Source of the DNA: Antedon mediterranea
Lineage: Eukaryota; Animalia; Echinodermata
Reading direction: 5' to 3'
Assembly (NCBI RefSeq): GCF_964355755.1
Contig: NC_092676.1
Location: forward strand, 14,464,871-14,528,870
DNA: 64,000 nt
Every line of letters begins with the position of its first letter. Position 1 is the first letter of the stretch. A program made the position numbers and the translations under genes. The notes beneath the pieces are model-generated. The model was not told the DNA's origin, made no database searches, and worked only from the letters and a program-made list of their open reading frames with translations. Below, one piece after another: positions 38,313 through 51,508 of the stretch.

Positions 38313-40297
38313 CTTTTGAATATTTGCAAAATTAAAAAAAAAGAAAAGAAAAATTAACAATGTTGTTTACCTGCCCAATACGGACGGATATAATACGTTC
38401 AAATCAACTTGACTCAAACTCCAAATTGGATGACTGTTGGTGAGGTTTTGTGTTAATTAAGTTTAGGCCTCATCATGGTTGAACTGCTAAGTAACACGCC
38501 AACTACAAGCAGGGCAGGGTCAGGGCAGGAATTAATGAATATCCGCATTATTTATTTTATTTATTTGTTCTTTCTTTAAACTGAATTACTGATTTCCAAA
38601 ATGGTCCAGTCAATACAACATATACAAAAAAAAAAAAAAATAATAATAAGAAATATACTACGGTATTTACAATGGGAAAAGTAAAAGGTGTTGACAATTT
38701 TCATAATTTATATGTTTTCTAGAGTGAAAATTTGAAAGTAGAATTAAAAGGACATTATGTGATTTGGTTGAGAATTCCATTGTTTGATGAAAGTTTTTTT
38801 TATCTTGAGAGTTATTCCATAATGGAATAGTTAAGTTACTTTGAGAGCGACTGCATGGTTATCTACAGTAAATGCTGTTGTTAAATATGTTGGAGCTATT
38901 TCTTCTAAACATTGCAATATCATTATAAGAATTTTTTCATTCTATTTTTCTGTAAGTCAACTCCAGCCAAGAGAACTTGAAATATCATTAACATACATAC
39001 AGGTATACATGCCTATTGATAATAATCCTACTTTTTTTTAAACCAAAAATTTGACTAAACACAGCAGCAATAATCAAGTAATGGAATAATTAAAGCATTT
39101 ACTGACACTATCAGTAACCCGTGCTCCGTACAGTCTTTTTCAGCCTTAATATGTGGATACATACTAATTCGCATGAGATGAGCAAGTGTAATAAAAGCAC
39201 ACTCTTCTGTGATAAATTATTGTAAAAAAAAACAAATTGCCAAGAATAAAACTTGGAACATGAGACATGCACATTGAACTCACTCGGCAGTTTAAAAAAT
39301 TTCAATGATAAAATATGAACTAGATTTGAACTCGTTACTATGGACGAGTTAGGTTATCCGCCACGCAAACGCCACATGCCTGTCATACAGAAAAACGATT
39401 ATGCCATTGTGATCTTAAGAAAATAAAAAGTTATTGTACCCTTTATTTTGTGTCTTAAGTACTGTATATACAGCATACACTATACTACTGTATACATACA
39501 GAGGTGATACTTATTATTAAATAACTTGTTTCTCAGATTTGAACTCAAATGTACTAAGCATTGTTATCAATGGCTACAGCGTTTTACTCACTGAGCTAGC
39601 CATGATTTACGAAATACATTATGTTCGACAGATAGGTGTAATTAATAAAACTTCAACAACGCGATCAGTCGATATGGTTGGTCAGCTGCCAAAACTAAAC
39701 ACTGTTTTAATTTGGCGGCTCGACATGGTATTTGTAGATCCGGCCATTGCGGTACACAACAGAGGAGGTTAAATACATCGATCAAGCACAGAAATATGGG
39801 TAAAACAGAAATTGGCGCAAGAATATCAAATTAAAATTTGCATTTGTTTTACCTGGTAAAGTGAGGTATTTTGGTTTCCTAGGGTTGCTAACTTCACTCA
39901 TACTACATATTTACAACATTACTTTCAATGGCAAACAGAAATATTCGAAAAAAAACTGTCGAGAAAGCTAGGCCTCAACAGCGGGGGCTTAGTAGTGCAT
40001 CAGTAAATGCAGTGCTCAGTACAGTACAGTATTGCTTGTGATGCCATATGGTACCATATTAAATGCCAAAAGATGTCTAAAGCCCAGAATACCGCTTTTA
40101 GTGAGGAAGATTCTCACCCATTTATTTGCATTTCTTGTAGAGGAAATGAGGGCTCAGTTGCTAAGCTCGTCAGGGGCTCGCACATTCTAAATACACAAGA
40201 AGAGCGTTTTGCATCCACTGACTTATCCCTTAATGATGTAACGAGGCGTGTATGTCAGTTAGAAGAGAAGACTGATAGTGAGGAGGTTAATTCTGCT

Positions 40298-41217
40298 TGT
40301 TACAACTGCTAATGTAGAAAATTCCAAATGTCGAAACAACCGTTAATGTAGAACAATCCACCGCTAATGTAGTAAAACCTCCAGCTAATGTAGAAACATA
40401 AACAGTTTATGTACTAAATATAATCGAAGGGGTTCCTAGCACGAAAAAACCGGTTCAATCGGTCACTTTTTGATAAAGGAACCAAATTTGGTAGACATGT
40501 CCTGTTACAAAAATGAATGAAAAGCTTAAGAGAGGAGTTGATCACTTCCGAGAGGTGGACGATTAGGAGAAGCGCTCCCTTAACAGAGATGGTGGTCGTT
40601 CAATAGAGGGGGTCATTTACAATAGGTGGTCGTTACTGGAGGTGTTCCCTTAAAAGAGGTGGTCACTTACGAGAGGTGGTCAATTATGAGAGGTGGTCCC
40701 TTTAAAAGAGACGGTGGTTGTTCAATAGAGGTCATCACGAGAGGTCGTGGTCCTTTAAAAGAGGTGGTCACTTACGAGAGGTGTGGTTGTTAAGAAAGGT
40801 GGTTGTTAAGGAAGGTGGTCGCTTACGAGAGGTGGTCGATAATGAGAAGCAGTCTCTTATGATTAGGAGGTGATCCCTTACATGAGGGTCGATTATGAGA
40901 AGTGGTCCCTTAACAGAGATGGTTGCTTAGGATGTGTGGTTGTTTTAGAAAGTTGGTTGCTTACGGGAGGTGGAAAGACTGACAGCTAAGTAAAGATCGA
41001 TGCATTTGCACACGATTTAGACATTTTTATAAAATATATAACATTTTTTACATTAGCTGGCGATAGTAACTTCATAAGCTGGGAGGAAATTTTCGTTACT
41101 ACATAAACTGTTGGGGTTTCTACATTAGCTGCAGGTTTTACTTATTAGTGGTGGATTGTTCTACATTAACGGTTGTTTCGACATCAGCTGGCGTTTTCTA
41201 CATTGGCGGTTGTAACA
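40298..41217. mobile_element. Non-autonomous TGT...ACA element with repeat-containing TIRs, inserted in CR1 ORF1
   Basis: TGTTACAACTGCTAATGTAGAAA ... TTTCTACATTGGCGGTTGTAACA; candidate 5-bp TSD ctgct/ccgct; internal GAGGTGGT repeats. Removing it rejoins ORF1 (EEVNSA|VDEKLN). Confidence 0.8.
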
Positions 41218-41919
41218 CCGCTGTTGACGAAAAACTAAACGATTTTAAAATTGACGCTTAAGCGCAGAAGCCGAACCTCATTATTCAGGGTTTTAAAGAA
41301 TCAAATTAGTTAACATCAGACGAAAAGAAAGCAGATGATATTGAAACTGTTAAATGGATGGCTTTTGTTGCCTGTGTTGGTAATGTTGATATTAAGACAG
41401 CTTTTAGGATTCATGATAATAACCCTAATACAATTTCTACTAAACCGAGACTACTTAAAGTTGTATTTACTGATAAAGCTTTAATTTGTTGTCTGGTCAG
41501 GCAAGAAATAAATTACAAAAATCTGCTGACTTGTTCCCAGATCGAACCCTTAAGGAGAGAAAGGCTAGAAAACAGCTCGTAGAAATGCAAAAAACCCAAA
41601 AAATAATAAGAAACGGGTTACTGAAGGAAATCAAAGTAGTCGGGTCAAATACAGACAGGCCAATGGCAAAAACCAAACAAAGCCATTACAAAATCTTAAA
41701 ATGCTTGTATACAAATTTAGATGGTTTATCGAACAAATATTTTTCACAATAAGATTAACTTTTTGATTTTTGACTGTGTTCCGAAAAACATTGTGAACAG
41801 AAATCTCCGCCAAGTAAACAGAAGTGGATGACAAAATTCGCACTAAATAAAGTTCAAAGGAAGGAAAATGCATGGCAACGTTACAGACGTCATAGGTCTA
41901 AACAAAAGACATAAATATA

Positions 41920-43325
41920 ACTAGATTTAATTCGTCACTATGACGAATTATAGGTTATATGCATTGATTTAAATAAAGATAATTGATTTTTAAAAGATAT
42001 ATTGATTGATTGATTTTCTCAGAATCTTTAATTATTTATAATATATGATAGGACCTTGCTAACGTGAACACCATAGCCGGTATCACAATCCGATCAAAGA
42101 TCCATATGCGTATAATGTCATAAACCACATTTGTTGTTACATAATAATAAAGACATAAATTAATTTTTATCTAGATTTCATTATAAATCATGTGTATAAT
42201 CTATACACTAAGAAATAAATTTGAACAAACAATACGGATAATAAAAAAAAAATCTTATTTCGTTTCCCAAGGTGAGACTCGATCTCGGTACCTTGAATGC
42301 CATAGACACAAGCACAGACCACCGAGCCGTACACAACTGCCTAAAAGTTGTAGAAAAATTCCTCCGTGTATTTACTATGCAGTAACCACTTTGATGCAAA
42401 TAGATTATTACATACCGTAATGAATTATAATTTTTTACTATGATGACATCTTTAAAATCTATACAAATGATGCACTGTCAAACTACATACTTTTAACTTT
42501 AATATATGAATTTTTGAAGGAAGAAAGTTAATGTTAAGTTTGTTATTTTGGCCTAAGAAAATGTCATAATTTGTTTGATTGTCGAAATTATTTTTTTTTT
42601 ATTTAATATGCAATTAATGATGACTTAATCAATTTTTGTTCTCTTTATTTGATAATAAATCATACATATGATACATACACTTCAAGAAAATGAAATAAAA
42701 AATAGGTGTTCCCCTGCATTCTGACGATATATATTAATTTTAAAATTTAGCATATTTTCACCATTTTGTTAACTTATACGTGCGTAGCCAGTCACTTTTG
42801 ACGTGCTCGTATAACGCAATTTCGAGTTGAAACCTGAATCAAATATGATGATATTATTAAAGAAAGATTGTAAAACAAAAATCGGGCAAAAACAGTGCGC
42901 ATTAACATTTAACGCGCAGTGCGCGTGCAAAAATCTGCGCACTCATGGCAATTTTTTAAACGCTTAAAATTGCCTGAAACGTACTCTAATTTCATCGAAA
43001 ATAAATTTTGACAATTTTGAACATTTTAAGCGCGCGTACGCAAGCGTTATATGCGCTACGCACGTAATTTTATTGCCATATGATGAAATATGACCTGAAA
43101 TTTATGAGTACCAAATTTTGTTTAATTGTGATTCATGCTTGTGAAGATATGATTACAAACGTGATTTCGTAAAATCGCGCGTAGACCGCGTAATTTTTGA
43201 TTACGCATCGTGAAAATATAACCACATCGATTCCTGGCCATGAGGAATATACTCTGAAAACTTGACTTAGCTAGATTAAACTGATGCCAAGATAATGCAC
43301 GGACAAAATAGTGCTAAGGAAAGAA

Positions 43326-43360
<35 letters not shown>

Positions 43361-43411
43361 AGATTTTGACAGAATCAAGAGGTTATATGCATATCATGCA
43401 TATAACCTAAT
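41920..43411 (-). mobile_element. HINE / DINE-1-like (Helentron-associated) element
   Basis: Minus strand: 5' subTIR + IR hairpin AGGTTATATGCAT-gat-ATGCATATAACCT, (TTTA)n microsatellite, 3' subTIR ATGCATATAACCT, stem-loop AATTCGTCA-tag-TGACGAATT, then CTAG|TT. Confidence 0.8.
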
Positions 43412-45703
43412 AAAGAGGGGGCCGATATGGTAAAAATAATCGTCTAGGGATTTTTTTCTAGACGCCCGGAGATAGCATCGGAGGCGTTTTGGCCTGTCGA
43501 ATTCTTGTCATATAATTATCTAAATATAGTGGGTTTTATAGACCATATTTAATAAATGGAACTGGTTTTTTTTGCGCCTAAAGCCTGTTTTCCCGTCGAG
43601 AATTTTTACACATTTTTTACGCTATCGTTAATGGTTTCTTGGTTCTTTCGACGTTGCTGGGACACATGGACGTGAAGTTTTGCAAAGCCAAGACCGGTCA
43701 CGCGCAGCCGGCCTGTGTGAAAATTGTCTTTACACTAGAGACAAACATTAAATTAAATTGTTTTTATATTAAAATTTAGTTTTACTTACACTTTTTATTT
43801 TGAAATATCAGACATTAAAAGAGTACAAAAAACATAGCCGTGTTGTAAAAAATCAAGAATTGAACTCGGTTTTCAACTTAAAAAATGTTTAAGATTTTAA
43901 CGATTTTTAATGTTAATTTGTACCCCCTTTCCCTGTAAAATCATTGATAAAATTGTATGCAAATGGTGCATAATATATATATATATATATTACAAAAAGG
44001 GGGGGCCGGGGCCGGCCAAGCCACCGCCCCACTAAATCCGCCCCTGAGTAAGTGAAATAATGAACGAGGCCTTTAAAAAAGTTTTTACAGTAGAAGATGA
44101 TCGTAATATTCCAAACATGACTTCTGTTTTTCATGGACATCCTTTGACCAATGTGGATTTTACACTTGATGATGTTAAAATACATACTAAAAATCTTCGC
44201 GATTCATCATCCCCTGGACCTGATGGTATCCACCCTAAAGTTTTGATAGAATGCTGTGACCACATATCCCCCCTCCCCCACTGTTATTACTGTTCAGAAA
44301 GTCGCAACAGTTAAAATACCAGCTGCCTTGAAAGACGTAACCATTACACCAATTTTCAAAAATGGCAGCAAGTCTGATCCCCTAAATTACCGCCCTGTCA
44401 AAATCATAACTAACACAATCATGATCCATCTCGAAACTAAAAATGTACTCACCAAACACCAACACGGGTTTTGTACTAATCGTTCTTTAACACAATTGCT
44501 TAAATTTTTTTGTGATGTAGAAAATGCTCTCGCCGACAGACATCTCGTTGATGTTATATATTTAGACTGTCGTAAGGCCTTCGACACAGTTCCGCACATT
44601 CGGTTGAAAATTAAATTGCGAACTTATAGCATTCAAGGTAATATTCTAAGTTGGATATAAAGTGGATTTTAGAAAATAGACATCAATGTGTTTCAATCAA
44701 AGGTTCTGTTTCAAGTTGGTTAACTTAGTTATTTGTCCGACTTTATTTTTAGTCCTACATCAACGATTTACTTGATAATATTGAATCAGATAGTAAACTA
44801 TTTGCAGACGATGATAATATTTTTCGTAAGATTGATTCAGTTAATGTCAGTTTATATCACTTTTTTCTTTTCTTGTGCGTCCGGTTATGGAGTATGCAGT
44901 TCAAGCCTGGTGACCATATCTACAACTAGACCTCAATAAACTTGAGAAAATCCAACAACGACCAACACAACTTGTACCAGAAGTCAGAAATCTGTCTTAT
45001 GAAGAGCGCAGGATACAGCTTGGTCTAACAACTTTACAGGAAAGATAGGGAACGTGGTGATCTCATTGAAGTTTTTAAATTTTTTAATTGTTACGAAAAT
45101 ATAGATTTCCACTATTTTTTTGGGTAGGCTCAACTTTCAAATTAAAGAAACCTAGATGGAACTCAACTTAACGGAACAATTTTTTGGATACAAGAGTAAT
45201 TAACAAGTGGAACTCGCTGCCCGAATTGGTTGTCAAGCCATAACATATAATATAGGCCACAACACAGGGTTTTCCATCCCTTACCATTATGGTCAAGGGC
45301 CCTGCTGTATATAATATCGTCCGGAAGCAATTAATGCACCTGTGTGTTTAGCTAAATCCCTGTTAAACTCTACCATTTCCTGAATGTTGTTTTGTTTACT
45401 CACACACTGCATGCACGAAGAAAGTTTAATAAGAAGGGTAAAATATGAAACAACATTAAATATGCAGCGTATATAATGTTTGATTTCGATAAAATTAAGA
45501 CGACGTTAAGATACCGTTTCTTTTTAATCTGAAAAGTACACCCCTATCATGAGACAAGTTGGCAAAAAATGAATAAATGCTTGGAGATCGACAAGTGTAC
45601 CAATTAGTTGGACTTTATGCTTTCGCCAAAATGATGATTTCATTATCTATTTTTCATTATTCTAATTTTCTTTTATGTGACGCTTTACATAATATATAAA
45701 ACC

Positions 45704-46848
45704 TATGGTGTGAGTATCATTGACTACCAAAGATATGCAATGGTAAAGGTGATATTCTAATGGACTATGGTGTGAGTATCATTGACAACCAAAGATATGC
45801 AATGGTAAAGGTGATATTCTAATGGACTATGGGTTGTATGGTGTGAGTATCATTGACAACCAAAGATATGCAATGGTAAAGGTGATATTCTAATGGACTA
45901 TGGGTTGTATGGTGTGAGTATCATTGACTACCAAAGATATGCAATGGTAAAGGTGATATTCTAATGGACTATGGGTTGTATGGTGTGAGTATCATTGACT
46001 ACCAAAGATATGCAATGGTAAAGGTGATATTCTAATGGACTATGGGTTGTATGGTGTGAGTATCATTGACAACCTATGGAGTGAGTATCATTGACAACCA
46101 AAGATATGCAATGGTAAAGGTGATATTCTAATGGACTATGGGTTGTATGGTGTGAGTATCATTGACAACCAAAGATATGCAATGGTAAAGGTGATATTCT
46201 AATGGACTATGGGTTGTATGGTGTGAGTATCATTGACAACCAAAGATATGCAATGGTAAAGGTGATATTCTAATGGACTATGGGTTGTATGGTGTGAGTA
46301 TCATTGACAACCAAAGATATGCAATGGTAAAGGTGATATTCTAATGGACTATGGGTTGTATGGTGTGAGTATCATTGACTACCAAAGATATGCAATGGTA
46401 AAGGTGATATTCTAATGGACTATGGGTTGTATGGTGTGAGTATCATTGACAACCAAAGATATGCAATGGTAAAGGTGATATTCTAATGGACTATGGGTTT
46501 TATGGTGTGAGTATCATTGACAACCAAAGATATGCAATGGTAAAGGTGATATTCTAATGGACTATGGGTTGTATGGTGTGAGTATCATTGACTACCAAAG
46601 ATATGCAATGGTAAAGGTGATATTCTAATGGACTATGGGTTGTATGGTGTGAGTATTATTGACTACCAAAGATATGCAATGGTAAAGGTGATATTCTAAT
46701 GGACTATGGGTTGTATGGTGTGAGTATCATTGACAACCAAAGATATGCAATGGTAAAGGTGATATTCTAATGGACTATGGGTTGTATGGTGTGAGTATCA
46801 TTGACAACCAAAGATATGCAATGGTAAAGGTGATATTCTAATGGACTA
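45704..46848. repeat. 71-bp tandem repeat, ~16 near-identical copies
   Basis: Unit tatggtgtgagtatcattgac(a/t)accaaagatatgcaatggtaaaggtgatattctaatggactatgggttg; period 71 (45837, 45908, ...). Confidence 0.97.
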
Positions 46849-46885
46849 ATTGGGTTGTGTTTGATGGCTAAGAATTTTATAAACA

Positions 46886-47862
46886 TATTGATTTTGTCAG
46901 AATCTTTATTTATTCTTTCCTTAGCAAAATTTTTATCTTGAGATCAATTTCATCTAGCTCCTTATGACCAGGAATCGATGTGGTTAATTAGTAAAAAATG
47001 CCCAATTTCTGTTTTACAACTTTTCTTTAGTACCGTACTGACACGGGTATAAGCGATTCTCACCTTGGGAAACGAAACGATATCAGATGTTTTGTTATTA
47101 TCAGTATTGTTCAATTTTTTTTCTTAGTGTATAGATTATACACATGATTTATAATGAAATCTACAGAAAAGTAACTTATGTCTTTATTATTATTATCAAG
47201 GGTGGTTTCTGATGTTATACGCAGAAGGATCTTTGATAGGATGTGATACCGGCTATTGTATTTACGTTAGCAAGATCCTATCTTTCATTTCATATATAAA
47301 TTATGCTTATTTCTGGAATAGGTTGACACAATGTAAAATACATGTCACCAACTCCAAGTCAGTTACTAACCCTAGCTGTTCTGTGTGTGCCGCCGCGATA
47401 AGTATATTCTACAACATTTTAGCAGGTTTTTACGATATTGTTCCATATTTCTGTCTTAGGATATTATAAAAGGTTTTAAAACAAATTTAAAGGTTAGTTC
47501 CGAGTTTGAGTAAACTGCAGGTCTGTATCTGAGATACTTCTGCCTATGTTGCAAGCCGTCTATGTTTAAACTAAATAATTTAATGATTATACCAATTAGG
47601 CCAATAGTATTTATTTTAATAAACGCCCAACATCCCACACCTCCTCATAAAACATTTTTTTACAAGATTTTTACCAGAGTTACTATTTAACATTCTGAGA
47701 ACTATCGTCTACACTTCCTAGAGGAAGAGCGAGTGAAGTGAGCTCACCTTCTAGTATTATAAATAATGAAAGATTCTGACAAAATCAATCAATATATCTT
47801 TTAAAAATGAATTATCTTTATCAATGCATATAACCTATAATTCATCATTAGTGACAAATTAA
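46886..47862 (+). mobile_element. Second, 5'-truncated HINE copy containing a nested Helitron-like element (~47289-47754)
   Basis: Inverted similarity to 41920-43411; 3' subTIR atgcatataacct and stem-loop at 47824-47860; terminus continues at 49429-49440. Confidence 0.7.
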
Positions 47863-49428
47863 AGGGGGTTCCGGGTTTAAAATGAATAGTAAAAAATGTA
47901 AAATATATTTGTTTGTCTCTTGAACGGTAAAAGTTTCAATTTATATAAGCGCCCAGTGAAGCAGAACGAAGGCTGTGAAATAAGGCCAGATTACAAGTGC
48001 AGCTACGGCGATATGACACTGTGTTACAGAATAGGAAATTTGTGAAATGGTCAATCTTCCGACAACTCGATATCAATAACCATATCAATTACTTTTGTAA
48101 AATTATACTTATCTGATGTAATTTTAGTCGGTCTTCCCATTTATAAAGTCAATGTTCTATGAAAATTCATCAAAACAGTGAAAAATTAGATATGTTTGCA
48201 CTTTACGTTTGCCGATTTTCGCACTGACTTAGGGAAAGCCTTCAAAATCAATGAAGCGTAACGTATACATTCCTGCTGAGCGAGACGACGATACACGTGC
48301 TCTACCTGCCCATGCCTGGCATCGTCACGTGATAAGCAGATACAGTATGCAATACCAAACTGGTCGGGTCGAGTATACCCCGTCTATAATTACAACCTTA
48401 ACGATGTACAGTATTTGATTGAAGGTCGACTCGACCTACCGGAATGGTATAGATAATATAGCTCGAATGAGAGAGTTGGAATATTTGTAAACATAAGTAT
48501 TGCTAATTTTAAGAAGTGTAGCCTAGTAAAAGGCCTGGTAGTATCAATTCGCATAGGGTCTACTACGCTAGCTAGCTCAATTTTTAACTGGGCCGGATCG
48601 GCTAGGTCTCCTTCCTACTACCTGGTCTACTTGCATGATGCAGTAGTATCCGCTTTTTTGGAGAGTAAACTAGGCCTATTTTAGGCCTACTTAGTAGACG
48701 ATCGGGACACCATGCGGACGGCGATATTTACAGCCGATTTTGTAGAATGTTTTAGGTTTAGATTGTTTAGGAGTTTGGTTGATAGGATGGGTTTGGAACC
48801 CACTGAGTTTTGTTATTTATGGGCCAATCGTTTAGTAGTAGGCTATCTAGGCCCATGATGGGCCCCAATGTTTTAACGTTTTAATCCCTAGTCAGAATGG
48901 CTCTCACCCATGAAAAAAAATGATTTAGGCTAGGCCTAGCCTAGTACGTGAAGCCAATAATACGATCTGTACTATTCGAGGTATAAAAATAGTATGTAAT
49001 TTATGATTTCGTAATCTGTACTAAATTTTGTATTTCATTAAATGTCAAATAAATATATGCTACTACTGTTATTATTACACTTTAGGCCTAGCTTAGAAAA
49101 TCTACAAAAAATGTATTTCACAATGATCGGGTGGTCGTCGTTTGACAGAGGAGAGAGATGTAAATTTAGTTGACAAACACAACGTACATGACGTCGCGAG
49201 TTTGGAATCCACTGATGACGTGATTTTGTGAATATCTCATGAATATTAATGAGCTTCCCTAAGCTGCTGAAAAACAGACTTTCCATGAATTTACCCTAAA
49301 ATGTATATGAAATTTAATTTTTTTAATTTCTCATTATTTCTTCATTCTGACATGTCTATATTGTTATAATATTTGTTATTTAATAAATAAACGATATTTA
49401 AAAGCAATTTTAAACCCAGAATCCCCCT
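47863..49428. mobile_element. Non-autonomous Kolobok-like DNA transposon
   Basis: TTAA|AGGGGGTTCCGGGTTTAAAAT ... ATTTTAAACCCAGAATCCCCCT|TTAA: TTAA TSD with AGG...CCT termini. Confidence 0.85.
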
Positions 49429-49485
49429 TTAAATCGAGTTTATTTTAATTTAGTAAAGCCACATAAAAATAGATATAAACATTAC

Positions 49486-49630
49486 CTTCTCTTGACATGC
49501 CTACAGCCAAACACTTCTTATATCTACAATGTTGACATCTATTTCTATTCATACGACCAATTATGCATGTTCCGTCCCCATGCCTACATGTATAATCCTT
49601 ATCTCGTTTACTACTTCTTCTGAAAAATCC
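49486..49630 (-). CDS. Nuclear receptor DBD exon 2 (second zinc finger)
   Basis: tatttaag| ... |gtaat. [48 protein letters not shown]; not in the ORF track (48 codons). Confidence 0.96.
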
Positions 49631-49774
49631 CTTAAATAGAAATGAATTTAAATTAGTCTATGCTAAAAAAGACACTAATTTTCAGCAAGGCTGAAGAAGT
49701 ATGCGACAACCAGCAGTCTAAGAAAAAGATGTAATTATTTGACAAGTAGATTTTAATAGTCTTGGTCTATCAGT

Positions 49775-50248
49775 ATCCACTTCTCATAAGCAACAATCTC
49801 GTAAGCAACCACTTCCCTCGTAAGCATTGACCATCTCTCTTAAGGGATTGCCTCTCATAATTGACCACAAGCAACCGCTTGTCATAATTGACCACCTCTC
49901 GTAAGCAACCACCTCTATTAAACGACCACCACCTCTTGTAAGCGTCTGCTTCTTTTAAAAATGTGAAATATTCACAAATGGCAACTCAATTCTCAAAACA
50001 CACAGAAGCATGTGACTGCCATTGTCCGACCCTTACAAGCGGTGGTCCGTTACAAGAGGTGGTCATTTAAAGGATGTGGCCACTTACGAGAGATAGTGGT
50101 CATTTAAGGGAGATGGCCGATTATGCGAAGTGATACCTTACGAGAGGAGGTGGTCATTACGAGAAGTTTTTGATTAGGGGAAGCGATCCCTTACGAGAGT
50201 TAATGGTCATAACATCAGCTGACATTTTCTATATTAGCAATTGTAACA
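49775..50248. mobile_element. Remnant related to the 40298-41217 element
   Basis: GAGGTGGT/ACCACCTC repeats in both orientations; right end tttctatattagcaattgtaaca. Confidence 0.55.
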
Positions 50249-51508
50249 TGCCAATTAAAGGCAAACAACTAGATATTTTTTACCTATCCTAGGCAAAAAC
50301 CAAGAAGGATAAAAAATTAATGCAATTGTTTGAAGATCATCATACAGTAAGAAACAGACTTGTGTATGCCTAAAATTCTCTAAATGCTGGAGCATTCGGC
50401 TAAACTAAATCTTTTACAGAACAGCTCCTGAAATTCTATTGCAAACATTATAGTTGTCAAATGGAAAAATGTTAAAATACTCCTGTTTGAAATGAGTATA
50501 AGAAAAATACAAAACAGTATAATTAAAATCAATCAAATATTAGAATATCAGAAGTTGGCACAGATGTACAGTACTATATAAAAATTAAAAAACGATGAAG
50601 AGAACATAATTAAACCCACCCAGGAGTAAAGGTATAACCAGCTAATGATATTTAGAAAACAAGAAAAAATAACCACGTAAATAATTTTTAAAAAATGCAA
50701 AAAAGTAACCATGATAAGCAATTAAATAGAAAATTTAGAAAAATAATTTATTAATAAGATTATTTGTATTATTATAATTTTTATTAGTATTAAGACGGTA
50801 TTAAATGCGAGTATAAAACTTGGGTGAGAAAATAGAAATGATAATGATAATTTTACTAAAAAATGTAATTTTTAAAAATACATTTAAATATGAGTGCAAA
50901 ACGCTGAGGCATTCCATTCTATGTCCTGATACTTTTATAGTACTGCTGAGTTCTGCTATTGTGTGTGTCATATTATAATATATATATACATATATATATA
51001 TTCAGGTTGAAATTATCAGACCGTTAGGATAGAATGCTCAATACCAAGGTAGAGCATAAATAAATAAATAAAATAACAGCAGAAAACTTGAAGTAACCAA
51101 GTTTTCTGCTGTTATTTTATTTATTTATATATATATACAGGGCATCACGTATGCAAAACCCAGGAGAGCAACAAATCGCTCTCCTCAAATCACCGAGGAG
51201 AGCAATTCGCTCTCCTTGAAAAAATTTTAAATCGCTCTCCTCAAATGTTTATGTAAATATGTAAAAAAATTACAATTATTAATTTTTTGTACACATTTTT
51301 TTTGCCCGACAGGGGTGGGGATAACCCCCCCCCCCCCCGGGCACAACAAATGTATACTGTACCTCTCCCCTAAAATCTCCCACACCCACCTTCACACAAT
51401 ATTTTCCGTGGGGATCGTATTATTCTACAGTAAAAAAACTCAAGCCAATTTTTTTTTTATGGCCTGGGTAGATTGGGTTTCAGGAGCCTGGAGAATCCTG
51501 TCCTGGCC

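Larger units (their letters stand above)
39850..45315 (+). mobile_element. Decayed CR1-group LINE interrupted by several insertions (antisense in the receptor intron)
   Basis: ORF1 PHD-like IACDAIWYHIKC...FICISC and NLIIQG/PRLLKV motifs. ORF2 CLYTNLDGL, PGPDGIHP, YRPV, QHGF, IYLDCRKAFDTVPH, LFADD, RVINKWNSLP. Confidence 0.88.

Noticed and set aside
45704-46848. CRISPR-like array
   Set aside because: Units are wholly repeated with no unique spacers, there are no cas genes, and the context is a eukaryotic intron.
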